From Octopus vulgaris (taxonomy: Eukaryota), in NCBI GenBank assembly GCA_951406725.2, contig OX597825.1, positions 63,612,001 to 63,676,000 of the forward strand: DNA of 64,000 nt, read 5' to 3'. The position numbers and the translations under genes were made by a program. Shown here piece after piece: positions 14,600 through 28,199 of this stretch. Position 1 is the stretch's first letter; the number at the start of each line of letters is the position of its first letter. The notes under the pieces were generated by a model. The model saw nothing but the letters and a program-made list of their open reading frames with translations. It was not told where the DNA came from and ran no database searches.

Positions 14600-15551
14600 C
14601 GACACTGTCTCGAAAGTAATGACAACCTTTGAGAAAGAGGGAGAAAACCTCTTCGTCGAAACAAAAGTCAGGAAGAAAACCAAAATTTTCATATAGGGAC
14701 CATCGGACTCTTACGCGACAAGTTAGAAAGGATCACAAAATTATAGCTCCCAAAATTACTGCAGAGCTTAATGACTACCTCGAGAACCCAGTTTCCACAA
14801 AAACTCTCCGCCAGGAGCTGCACAAAGCCGGATTTCACGGCAGGGCTGCAATCAGAAACCCACTAGTTTTAAAAAAAACATTGCAAAGCGTTTAGAGGGG
14901 AGTACAACCTACAGAATTGGTCCCTAGAGCAGTGGAAGAATGTTATTTTCTCGGACTAGTATACGTGTGGAGACAGCCAAAAGAAGCGTTTCACCCAGAC
15001 TGCTTTCTTCCAACTGTTAAACATGGAAGACGACCTCTGATAATCGGGGGGTGGGGGCTATATCTTGGAAATCCGCCAGGCCAATGGTTTCCTTCATGGC
15101 AGAATTTATAGTCAAGACTATTTAAGCATTTTATGTGATGAAATTCATCTTATGGTTGCGGAACTATTTCCAGCGGGAAACGCAATCTTTCAGGATGATA
15201 ATGCACAAATTCACACAGCTAAAGATGTTACTGAATGGTACGAGGAACATTCTAGTGAAGCTGAACATCTTATCTGGCCACCACATTCCCGAGATCTCAA
15301 TATTATCGAACATTTATGGTATATTTTAGAAAAACAAGGAGTGGATATCCTCCACCATTATTAGTATAGAAACTGAAGATTGTTTTAGATGAAGAATGGA
15401 CAAAATTCCTTTGGAAACAATTCAAAGTTTGTATGAGTCTATACCTCGTAGAAGTTAAGCTATAATTACTGCCAAAGGCAGTCCTACACCAAATTAAAAT
15501 AAATTTGTTTGAAATTTTACGGTGCTTCCATTATTTTGTTCAACCGCTATA
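14600..15551 (+). mobile_element. Tc1-type DNA transposon relic, 5'-truncated and frameshifted, right TIR retained
   Basis: SGRKPK and HTH (ITAELN...VSTKTLRQELHKAGFHGR); FSD; TVKHG; FQDDNAQIHTAK...WPPHSRDLNIIEHLW. Putative right TIR ggtgcttccattattttgttcaaccgcta followed by TA repeats. Confidence 0.9.
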
Positions 15552-15567
15552 TATATATATACATGCC

Positions 15568-15616
<49 letters not shown>

Positions 15617-16830
15617 ATGTCCAAAGTTGGTCAAATGCTTTTCTTTCAATATATATTTTTGCTTGCAACAGCCGGTTCTTTTGTACAGACTGTCCTATGT
15701 CCATCTACTTCGGATGTCAAGATATCAAAAATTGTCAAACTCTAGTGCAACTGCTTTCCTATGAAATGGTGTAGGCATTTTTTCTTTTTCCGAAAAAGCA
15801 AAATTCTATACTCACGACACTTTTACAAAATAAATAGAGAGACAGATATACACACATATACACATATGTACACACACATGTATATATCTCTTGGAATATT
15901 AACGCAAATCTCTGTTACAATAACTGTCTTTGTTTTTACCATATGACGTTGTACTTTTGATTGCTAAATGCACAAAAGTAACTTGGATTACCACCCCAGG
16001 CTTAAACTGTTTTCATCCGTCTTGGAACTTCATTAGCTGTATAGATACTGGATAATAAAAATCAATACTGCAGGTACATATTTCTTCATTTCTATATATC
16101 GATGAGTTTATTTTTCAGCGAAATAGAATAGCGACAAACACAAATTATACAAATGTTTATAGAAATGACGGAATCGGGAAGCCGTGCTGGCGAGCTATAC
16201 AACAGAATGGTAACTAATGAGTAATTATATGTTCTTGAGATGTTTTCGTAACAGAAATTTCTTTCGGTGGATGGACACTTAAATATCTCAGCGCTTCATT
16301 ACGTTTGGTGTTTTTATTTATTTCTTTTATCGTGAGCTTAGTTTGAATAGTTCTGCAAATTGGAACATGCGTTTATTTTTTTAGGGGATTTTCTTTTTTC
16401 TTTTTACAGGAAATTGTTTTCTATCAACACTAATTCAGCTGAAATATGGGACGAATACCTATCAATTAATTTAGCTGGATACTGAGACCAGTGAAGTAAT
16501 TGTCTGAAAAATGCTCATAAAATATCTGATTCTCCATGCCCAAACGTCAAGGTGAATGTCGTAACAATTTTCATCCAAGAGTAACACAAATAGGTTACAT
16601 TTTGCATTCTATATTTAGGTTCTATTCTTGAATAGACGTAGTTTTCTAGGCAGATTTTCTAAATTTAATAATACTTACTATAAAACAAGAAATAATATAT
16701 TTAATGGAATCATTACCGATGTTAGTATATTGGGAAATCTCACTATACAGAGTACGAAGTTGTTCTGTAATTATGGTACAAATTTTACAATTTTTCTTAA
16801 GGGGAAACCTTACATCCCAATATAAATCAA

Positions 16831-17012
16831 CAGGAGTGGCTGTGTGGTACGTAGCTTGCTTACCAACCATATGGTTCTGGGTTCATTCCCACTGCGTTGC
16901 ACCTTGGGCAAGAGTCTTCTACTGTAGCCTCGGGCCGACCAAAGCTTTGTGAGTGGATTTGGTAGACGGTAACTGAAAGAAGCCCGTCGTATATATGTAT
17001 ATACATACATAG

Positions 17013-17088
<76 letters not shown>

Positions 17089-17324
17089 GTATGTTTGTGT
17101 GTGTATATGTTTGTGTGTCTGTGTTTGTCCCCACATCGCTTGACAACCGATGGTGAAGTGTTTACGTCCTCGTAACTTAGCGGTTCGGCAAAAGAGACCG
17201 ATACAATAAAGACCAGGCTTCCAAAGAATAAGTACTGGGGTCGATTTGCTCGACTAAATGCGGTACTCCGGCATGGCCGCAGTCAAATGACTGAAACAAG
17301 TAAAAGAGAAAAGAGAAAAGAGAA
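16831..17324 (+). mobile_element. SINE family A, near full length
   Basis: tRNA-like head with A-box (tggctgtgtgg) and B-box (gggttcattccc), ccttgggcaag core-like motif, internal (TA)n, (AAAGAG)n tail; many homologues in the window. Confidence 0.9.
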
Positions 17325-18238
17325 ACTGAATCAATATGAATAGCTGCTTTCTTCTCTGGTTGTCTAATAAACCACCTCTTCTCCCAAGAACTTTGCTCTG
17401 AAACACCCCTTCCCACAAAACAAAATGCAACTTTACCTCAACACATATAAAGGTAGTGTTAATTGATAGTGCGGTGCTAGTTGGAAATTCATGATGTAAC
17501 TACACAAGGGAGCTATTACAGTAAGATGAACAAAGCTACGTTGATAACACTTATCACAATACTGCTTAGTTGGCTGTGCTGGGATACACAACAAAGCACA
17601 TTCATAGAGCGGCAAACATTGGAGTAACAGAAATAACCGATTTTGACATGATGCTGTGAGATAAGGAAAGGAAGTGCCTATAATTACTGTTATAGTATCA
17701 GAAATTACAGTATGAGTAGATAGAAAAGTGACTACCATTATGTGGTATACAGGCAGGGTTTGAATTAATTTAAAAGTATATTCGGTAAACTCAGTTTTAA
17801 CATAATAACTGTTGGAGGAGTTAAATAGAGTTTGATGAAATCCACCGTAATTTATCAAGAAACATGTTTCCAAGAATCTTCAACATGAGTCTATATTACG
17901 TCTACCCATTTATAATCACAAAGATCTTGTAAAGTGCAAATGGAAAATGTGGCAGTGTAGTGGATTTAAACTCGCAATCACGTTAATATGAAGCAAACCA
18001 ATTTATGGTAGAATTAAGTTTGCACCCATTCTACTGGTTACCATAACGACAGGGAATTACTAATGTAAAAAAAAAATTTGCACTAAGAAAAACAATATAG
18101 CTACTGGCATCATGTCATATCGTTAATAATTTGTTTGAATGACTTTAGATTTCCGTAAGGAAACAGGATGACACTTCCATATTATGCTTTCAAACGAACA
18201 TTAATTTTAGACGAATATTTTATTATCTATATATGTGC

Positions 18239-18272
<34 letters not shown>

Positions 18273-18710
18273 ATGTAAATATGTAAACATACACACAGGC
18301 ACGCAAATACTACACATATATGCATGTTTATGTCAATATAAATATATATGTACATACATATATACGTAAATGTATACATACATATATATATGTAAAATAT
18401 ATATGCACATATGTGTTTGTATTTAAGCCAGTCGGCGAGAAAGTGTCACACTGATGTCTCCTTTTACATGAAATAATAAAACATATACATATATATGTAC
18501 GAGTGTTTAGCCTGTGTCTGTGTGTAGGTGTGTGTGTGGCAGGTAATTGCTAGCATTCTTCATAATACATGGCAATCCAGTAATTAGTATATCAATGCAG
18601 CAATTATTTTTTCTGTAATTGAGTTCCATTCTTCTAACAGTGCATAGGTACATGTGTAAGTTATTATGCGTGTACGTATCTATCTGTCTATCTGTCTATC
18701 TATCAATCTG

Positions 18711-19010
<300 letters not shown>

Positions 19011-19186
19011 ATATATATATATAGTAGTTGTATACTGTCAACTTAACGTGACAGTCCCATGAAGGGAATCACACCACTGCTATTTAGCCCTAGGAAGCAT
19101 CAACGCTTCCTGTCGGCTTTGACAAATTTCCTGTGTCCTTATGTTTAGAAGGGGAGACAAGCACCTCCACCCTGCTAAGCCTGCTA

Positions 19187-19380
19187 GGTGGACCGGTCAC
19201 TAGGTCAGTGGACACTTGATGGTCCTTGCGCAACCAATACAGCGCTGGGATGCCGTTGTTGATGGCCTGGACGATGTTGCCGTGCGCTTCTTTGTGCCTA
19301 CGGTGTTTCACTACACCATCATATGAGCATTGAGGATCTTCTCTCCCTCCTCATACTCCCGTATCGTTGTTTCCCTCATA
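19187..19380 (-). repeat. Direct duplicate of the PLE RT N-terminal segment at 22717-22910
   Basis: About 194 bp with about 14 mismatches by eye; encodes IPALYWLRKDHQ...GPP. Confidence 0.9.
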
Positions 19381-21149
19381 TGTGTTCTTGCTCTACTTAC
19401 TCCGTTCTGTTCTTCTAAGACGTGTATCCTTATGTGTGCATGCATTGCTTGTGTTTTTATGTGTATGTGTGTCTGTCTACACGCGCGCTCGCGAGTGTGT
19501 TTCTGTGTGTGTGTATACTTGTGTGTGTGTGTGTGTGTGTCATAGAGTTTAGCAGCAATGCTGCCTCCCCCTTAGCTCCAACCTCTCAATTGTGTCCTTT
19601 GACCTGAGAAAAATAAAGAGAAAGGTACAGTTCCTGTATTCTTCTGTGTATGTATTGTTACGGTTGGCTAAGTGCATTTCGGGTTTAATTAGTGTAGTGT
19701 TTCTGTTGACCCACATAGGAATAATGGCGCCAGTATGCCTGGTGAAAATGTGACAGTCTTTTGTCTAATGGAGGACTGATGGGTTTTGGAATGACCTGTG
19801 ACCTTGTGCGGGTGAATTAGGGGTCGCTCTGGGCACCCCTTGAATATGTCGTGAGAGAGGATGAGGGGGCAGAGAGGGACAGGCAGAGAGTATGGTAGAG
19901 CTGTCAGGAGAGGGTAAGGGACAGTAGGCGACAGCGATAGAGTAAGAGCAGAGGGCAAATAGAAAGGATAAGCAGTAAGGGACAGATTAAGAGCTGAGAG
20001 CAAATAGAGATAGGGTACAAGCAGTAGGGGACGGATGGAGAGGCTAAGAGACAGCAGGCGATATAGATAGGGTATAAGGACCAGGGCAGTTAGAAAGGGT
20101 AAGAGCGATATAGACAGAGGGAGATTAGGGAGTGGAAGAAGGACAGAGACGAAGTGAGGTCTGGGCAGTCGTTGAGCGGTCGTCGAAGAACACAGACGGA
20201 TCTTGAGTTCGTGGCTGGTCGTCGAAGAAGAGAGACGGACTCTGGAGGCCAGAGCGAGTGGATGGAATCTTGGAAGCGTTGGAATTCTTGGGAGCGAGCT
20301 GGGATGCGATAGCTTGGCGGCACTGATTGGGATATGTGCAGAGGGAATATGTACAGAGGGATTTAGCAGTATTCAGAGGAATTAGCAGGATTGAGAGGAA
20401 TGGGACACTGGCAGATTCAATTGGGAATTGAGGTATGTGTTTGTGTATTGATATGTGTCACGGTGTATTGAACAGAGAAAGAAGAGAGAAAAAGAAGGAC
20501 TCTGTCGATGTAGTCGATAAAGAACATTGTGAATTGAGTAAAGGACTTGTTGAATTGTAACGTGAATTGTTGTGATACGAACATTGTATAATGTATCGAA
20601 GTGTTCTGATTGGACTGTGACGTATCGTGAACATTATTTGATCTGGACTTGTTGTGTCGTTACTGAACACTGTTATATTGTTACATGCTGTTGTATTATG
20701 CTTTGATCTGTTGTATGATGTATTGAGTTGTCACGTGCATGTCTTCCTTTAAATGTCTGCCTTAAATGTATTTGATGTGTAGCAATTGTAATTGTCGTAT
20801 AAACTGTTGTTTGAATATAAGCCAGTGTTGCCAGTTGTTGCCTTGCCTCTTTGGGTTGTATCTCGGGTTGTGCCTCTGTATCTCTGTGCTGCTGAGGTTG
20901 TTGTTGTTGTATCTCTCTCCTCTCCGGCGAGTTTGCGTGGCGGGAACATTCGCTGATCGAATCGGTCCTGTCTGAGGGATTCCGTACAGTTTTCGGAGGT
21001 CCCCGTTCCGTAACAGTATGTTAGTCCACGGTGTTGCCATTGTGGTAGTTGTTACTTTGATTGCCCTTGTGGGCACCGCCGCTGCGGCTGACCCTGTTAG
21101 TTGGTTTGTTGACGTCATATGGCCGTCCATGTGGTTTCATGTGTGTGTG

Positions 21150-22910
21150 CGTTCACTTCGCATGCATCCATGCCCTTTATATAGTTTTATATATTTATAT
21201 TATGTCTTATGCTCTCTTATGCTGCGTGCAGTCCCTCCAATGTAGGTGGTTGACATGTTTCTGCACCGTCCCTCAGTACATCGTAAGCTATGCGCTACAT
21301 TCCTAATCCTACTGTTAACCTGTGGGTTCATCCTACATACAACACAATTTTACTCAGTACAGAGGGACTTATCAAAGGGATAGGTATTGCAAATCATGGA
21401 TTTTAAAGGGGTATTAGGCCTCTCTACTTCAATTCATAGATTTAATTCATAGATTCATAGCCTTACTTTAATTTTTTCTAATAAGGTGTGCTAGTTCGAC
21501 GCCAGGGGTTGCAATAACGAAAATGACACACTGGTATTTTTTGTTGTCATACTAAGTGTTCGCTTTATTAATCTTATTACTGGTCCTTTCCCTGGTGTTC
21601 CAGGATTTACTCCTGTACAGCGGGCAGATCCCCTTAGAATCACTCCCTATGATATCTTTGTACGTAGTTCTGGTTTCTTTGAACATTCTAATCCTGTCCC
21701 ATCGGTTGTAGCCAGAGAACTGCATGCGGTAAAATAAGTGTTGTATGTGTCTTTCCAATTCTATAAGGTACTTAGAGGCCATGGGTTTGGCATAATGAGT
21801 GTGAAGGGTCTGGACTTTACCGTTCTTCGTTTCTTTCGAGAGTTCATTGTCTAAAACGAGTAATTTATGGTTAGGATGCTTACTAAGGTAGTCTATCGTT
21901 ATTTCTATACTGTGGTGTACGGAGGTCGCTACTTGCAGGATCCTCTCCTTGTTGTTAGTTTCTAGATCATCAACATTATTTTGTAGGGATGCTCTGGCTA
22001 CCATGCTGATATCATCCGCATAGCGGGAGTACATCGTTTGGTTTATGGAGTTCTCTGCTAATTTCATTTTAAAACTCCTATCCCACCATACCATAAATAG
22101 GTGAGCCACATCGCCAGTAATACTGACACCGATTGCAGCACCTTCATCTTGGGCGTATATCATATTATTAAATTTAAATATATGGCCCTTGAGTGTCGTC
22201 TCGGTACTCACGCCCACCGCATGTGTGACCATCTTTTTAATCTGATCATCATTTTCGGGGGTCGTTATAGCTCTGGTCCACCCGGTCCATCTCTCTTTGG
22301 AGGTCTTCTTGGACATAGAAGTTATAGTAGTGGGGGTCTACCTCTTATCAACCTAGTGGGGCAGAAACAACTAAGGTCAGGTTTATATAAGTAATCATTG
22401 TCACATGTCAGTCCTAGGAAGAGGTCTAGTTCTTAAGTGTTCACACCACGGAACTCGACATCACTATAGCTGGTCGCCTCCACACGTCTCCACGACAAAA
22501 TCAACATAAATGGATAGGTTTAAGGACACAATTTCCATACGACCTATTTAGCATGCCGTCAAGCCGTGGGTATGCTTGCACTCATTGATTCAGCTGGGGA
22601 GGTCCTCTATGCTGTCACACACATCTGGGGACATCTTTATCACAAGGCGTATGATCATTGAGAAGTAGGAGATCCGGTAGTCGTTGGCAACATTAGCTCT
22701 GCAGACCGGTCTCGTCGGTGGACCTGTCACTAAGTCAGTGGACACCTTATAGTCCTTGCGCAACCAATACAGCGCTGAGATGCCGTTGTTGATGGCCCGC
22801 AAGATGTTGCCGTGCGCTTCTTTGAGCCTACGATGTTTCACTACACCATCATATGAGCATTGAGGATCTTTTCACTCTCCTCATACTCCCGTATCGTTGT
22901 TTCCCTCATA
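21150..22910 (-). mobile_element. Penelope-like retroelement (RT + GIY-YIG), 5'-truncated, pseudogenised
   Basis: LYWLRKDYK...PTRPVC (RT1-2); YAQDEGAAIG...AHLFMVWWD...YSRYADDI (RT4-5); IFVIATPG; Cys-rich linker, then RNVAHSLRC...C...TYIGGTARSIREH (GIY-YIG). Confidence 0.88.
21552..22316 (-). pseudogene. Reverse transcriptase fragment (PLE type)
   Basis: 254-aa ORF with QxxGxAIG and YADD motifs. Confidence 0.85.
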
Positions 22911-23063
22911 TTAGTGATGTGTGATTATAAAATAACAGCAGTAAACGAGTGATGAAAAACTATATAGTGCGTGTGTTTATTTGTTTAAAAAACTAATAAA
23001 ATGACCATCCCGAGATACAGTAATATATATGTGTGTGTGTGTTTCTTGATATATGGATAAATA

Positions 23064-23103
<40 letters not shown>

Positions 23104-23184
23104 AGAGGAAAAATTATAAATATATTTATTTTCCTGTCCTAACATTTCTCCACGTGCAGTTAGCACAACCCCACCATTTACTGA

Positions 23185-23225
<41 letters not shown>

Positions 23226-26180
23226 TCCATATTGATAAATATATACACCTATGTATATTGATCATATAGCCCTTCGTTTCAACTGGCGGTTCTGCCGATT
23301 GGCTGAATTATTAAAGGCGTCCCGCAGATTTGTAGTCGATAAATGCATTACCAGTCTTGTATTGACATTGATTCTTTCCTTTTAGCCCCTTTTTTTTCTT
23401 CATCCTATCCTATTTTCTCTCTTCTTAAAGCAATTGGTTGAAGGCTTGCGTGTGAATATGCTCACCATACGCTGTATATCACGACGTCACACCTACGATT
23501 CATTCAAAATGATGAGAGGTCAGACGAAGACAGCGTAATTATTCTATCTAACATATTCAAGTATCACACATAAATTCAACGTTTATAAGACCGAATACCA
23601 ATAATATTAATATTTATAGATTATGACTATGCAGTTAAGAATTAAATATAATGCGACAAGAGATTTGCAATCAGATATCGAGTCTATAAATAAATAGGAA
23701 TTATAAATTAACTTTGATCGTAGATTAGTGGTTGTACGTGTCTTAAAATATTCATATTTAAAACTTAATCGCTAATTTATTTGTTAATTTATACCTTTTG
23801 AACAAAATGCACACCCCATCGAAACTTATCACAATATCTTCATTCAGAATAGTTTTAAATTATGCTACTTACTATATTTTCATCACTTTCTGTTATCCTG
23901 TCTATATAACTAAAATTTATGGTTTTCTCGCCGACAAACATTTACTTTGTCACTATATTAGAAATTTCCACATACGAATAAATATCTCTGTGTATATAGA
24001 AATACTTGGCTATTGCTTATGGAGTCGATACAATAAATAATAGTCAAGCCGTTTCTCCCGATATTCCAGGTCTTGTACTGATAGGGAAATCAATTGCTGC
24101 TAGTCAGTTCCTTTTGCTTTCCCTTTGTCACGTGAAGTTGTCACCCTTGAATCAAACACCGTGATCGGAAAGCACGTTGTGCCGAGATTACATATCTCTG
24201 CTGCTGTTGTGAAGGGAAACATTATAACTGGTTTTATTAATTGCTTTCTGAGAACTAAAGTGTTTGGTTTTGATTATCGTTCTTTTCAATGGAGATATCG
24301 CTCTAGCCTCATTTTTTGCTGCACCGGAAAATGATATTGTTAGGTGCTACGATCATTTCAGCTCTCAGCACTCACGGACATTACCGCATTTATATGGTTA
24401 AATTTCCAAAGATACATTCTCCTTCCCACAATTAAGCAAACAAACAAACGCACATGTACATACACTCGCGAGCGTGTTGATTTAAAAGTAATTTACAGTC
24501 TTACATCTTTTTCTTCGAATGATATTGTAATGTTACAGCTATATTGCTTGATAGTATTGAGTTGCATCATACAATTTAAGGAAATTCATATGAAAGAGAA
24601 GTCTGGATCTGGCCTCAACTTCATCCTATATAATTTGCAAAATCGTTTTATTTCATTGTACTTTTGAGTTATAGGGTACTGTATTGAGAATAAGGAATTC
24701 ATCAATCGTTCTGTAAAAGTTGGGTGTAGGTGGCTTCTAGTGAACAACTATATTTTGTTTGTGTAAATGTTCGATTATTATTGAATAATATTTTAGAAAA
24801 CAGTTTACATATTATGGCCCCGTAGATATGTGATGGGTCAGGCATTAGTCTAGTTTCAGTTACTCATTAAGGAGATATCTAAATACTTGATCCGAAATGT
24901 TCAAAATACTGTTAAAAGTTTGATGTTATAGAACAGAAGAGAATATTCAACTACAAATATAAAGAAAAAAATTATGCGTGCTGTTAATGCCACGACTTTC
25001 CTAGTTCTGATGCTGCCGAAAACAACTTCCAAGACAGTATCATATCAGCTATCTCCATGATCTTGGATGATAGTTTTTTCAAGTACTGTTATGGCTTCAT
25101 ATATTACTTACTAAGTATTACCATTGTTAGACTAAAATGTGTTTTTAGAAACTTGTTCCCCAAATGCGTCTAATCTTTCTAACTTGGTAACTTATATGTT
25201 TCTATGATACCGTTTATCTCATATTTATGGTGTAATGTTGAATAACTCATTGTAGATTATTACGTTTAGCGTTCTTTAATCGCTGGTGGAATATAAAAGC
25301 AACTTTTTTCTCTACAAACTCTATGCTTATCATAGGAGTTACTTTACCTTGATCTGTGTAAGTTCGGAAGCTATTGATAATAAATAGAATTCTTCTTATG
25401 TACTGTCAGTTTTCGACTAAATCTCACAGGGATTTCGTTAAATTTTTATATCAGGTGTTGTTAGACTTTTACGAGATACTTAGTATCTATAACTTTCATC
25501 TATAAATTTCAGTAGAGCTAATATCGACACTATTAACATTGCTATTGTCATAACCACAATAATATTAGTATTACAATCATTAGAAATGTTATCTTTATTT
25601 CTATTAATATCAATACAATATTTCTCCCTATATGCAGCTGTACTAAATATAGTGTAACACTCACCCTTTTCAAACTGGACTTCTAACATGTTTTGCTCAT
25701 GTGGGGAATGGATGGTTCTGTTTCCAATATCGATAAATTGATCATCACCATGGATAGGATACAGTTATAAAAACAGATTTGATATAGCAGCGGACAACGT
25801 TTAAGTTGATTCATTTTTCACCCATCTATTCCTTTATTGTGGCTTGATATTGATGTTGCAGTGTTCTCTTTTGTAACAACATATATTAAAAAGACAATCT
25901 ACTTCCTGTTGTTATATGCATTGTTAATGTTCTACGCAAGAATACATCAAATAAAATTCATAAAATGTACGTTGGTAGTGAAATAAATGTTATCAATATT
26001 GTTAACAATAATGCTAGTATTATTAATATTACCAATGAAAATAACAATAAAAAGATAATAACGTAGATACTATGAGCGCTAAAATCATGACAAACTCTCG
26101 GCCTATATATCATGGTTGCAAAATAAACGTAGCTTAAATCTTTGCTAGAAATCATCGATATGCCATAGAGAGTATACCAT

Positions 26181-26592
26181 TTACTCTTTCTCTTTTACTC
26201 TGTTACTTGTTTCAGTCATTTGACTGCGGTCATGCTGGAGCACCACCTTTAGTCGAGCAAATGACCCCGGGACTTATTATTTGTAAGCCCAGTACTTATT
26301 CTATCGGTCTCTTTTGTCGAACCGCTAAATGACGGGGACGTAAACACACCAGCATCGGTTGTCAAGCAATGCTAGGGGGACAAACACACAAATACACACA
26401 CACATACGTATATATATATACATATATACGACAGGCTTCTTTCAGTTTCCGTCTACCAAATCCACTCACAAGGCATTGGTCGGCCCGGGGCTATAGCAGA
26501 AGACACTTGCCCAAGATGCCACGCAGTGGGACTGAACCCGGAACCATGTGGTTGGTTAGCCAACTACTTACCACACAGCCACTCCTTCGCCT
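26181..26592 (-). mobile_element. SINE family A, full length
   Basis: Reverse complement of the 16831 copy, including the tail. Confidence 0.92.
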
Positions 26593-27244
26593 ATACGTAT
26601 ATGTATAATCTTGAACTAATGAAGTCACAGGACAAACGATTGTATCTACCGTGGATAGGAAACTGTATTTTTAAAAAATCCTCTCTGAATTACTAAGGAA
26701 AAGTAAGGGATGTGGAAAGCAATTTATAAAGTGAAACCCATCTTCATAGTGTGTCGATAGCCTTTAATATATTTAAGTTAAACGATTTCTAATACGCTTG
26801 TATACACATGGAAATACAAACCGTACGATTAAATAAACAATTCGTCTTTACAGAAGAGTAATGTCACCAAAATAGCCTATCACATCGGAAGGGTATATTA
26901 CGGTATGGAACAGATATTTTGTGTATTGAAGCACATAATAAAAACCAAATGACTGTATATACCACCTCCTGAGAAAAATTAACGAAATAAATTCTTCTGA
27001 GAAAGGAGAGATAAACGAAATTACAAACGTTAAAATGCTTAACAACACAATGCGCCTTAAATAATGGATTGAAATGGTTTGTCTTCAACTTTGAACACCT
27101 CCTGAAACACGCGAGTTTTCAGTAACAACAGGCAGAAGTTGTTACCGACGATCAAGAAAAAAGAGAAAGAAAACAAGAAAGAAATATTCAGAAATCTTCA
27201 TGTTTTTAAAAGAAAGCTATTATCAACAAATACTATACTGCTTT

Positions 27245-27540
27245 AGAAGCGTAGTTCCGGGTTCGGTTCCACAGCATGGTACATTGTGAAATTGTCTTCT
27301 ACAATAGCCTCAGGCCGACCAAAGCCTTGTGAGTGTACCAGGTAGACGGAAACTGAAAAAATCTCGTCCCTCCCCCTCCACCATCGCTTGACAACTGATG
27401 TTGGTGTGTTTACGTCCCCGTAACTTTACGGTTCGGCAAATGAAACCTATAGAATAAGTACAAGGTTTACAAAAAATAAATCCTGGGTTCGATTTGTTCG
27501 ACGAAAGGTAGAGCTCCAGCATGGCCGCAGTCAAATGGCC
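27245..27540 (+). mobile_element. SINE family A, internally deleted
   Basis: gttccgggttcggttcc...ggccgaccaaagccttgtgagtg...ctccagcatggccgcagtcaaatg. Confidence 0.85.
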
Positions 27541-28199
27541 ATTTGATACTACTATTGGGAAGGGTTCCCCCAGTCTCTTGATGTTTTACTTCGGTGTTGT
27601 TGGATTTTGAGTATGAGAATATACAAATCGTCCGGCCGACATCGATGGCGTAGCTAACACTGCACCTGATGGGCCTCTTGTGAAAACTGTAAGCAGGAAT
27701 CGCTGCACCTGTCCATCACTCAATAAGTGCTTTTCTTTTTCAAAAAAAAAGAAAGAAAAAGGATACCATTAAACCAGCTCTGCCCAACCAACCAATCAAA
27801 TGACTTTTTCTCTTCACTAACTGCACGGTAATGCAGTTAAACTGTGTCTTCTGTTTTGCAACGTATTAAAATTTGCTTATTCAAGTTGACATCATGGGAC
27901 CAAATTACCCTTTTGATTATTTCACTGCTTTTCTCTACAGTGGTACACAATATAACAACTTCATAAATCAACACTAAAGCTATTCCCAATATGTGTATCT
28001 TTTACTTGTTTTGAGCATTTCGCCCATATTTTGTGTTATGTCTTCTGAACAGGCGTGCAAAGTTCAAGTTTACTTTTTCTTATCCTCAGGTTGAAAATAA
28101 TGTACAAGGATCAATGTTATACCAGACATTGGCTAGGGTGTCTGAATTTGTATGAGAAACATTTTTTACAAACAATTTTCTTGATTACAAACAATTTCA

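Noticed and set aside
17433-17873. 146-aa minus-strand ORF
   Set aside because: No recognisable motif or splice context; likely chance or decayed TE
19050-19114. Three-stem hammerhead-like fold (gacag..cccatga-aggg..ccct-aggaagc..gcttc-ctgtc)
   Set aside because: Core deviates at too many positions (CCCAUGA, GGAA); needs a family consensus
24560-25480. Possible decayed LINE endonuclease region on the minus strand
   Set aside because: No unambiguous motifs could be read
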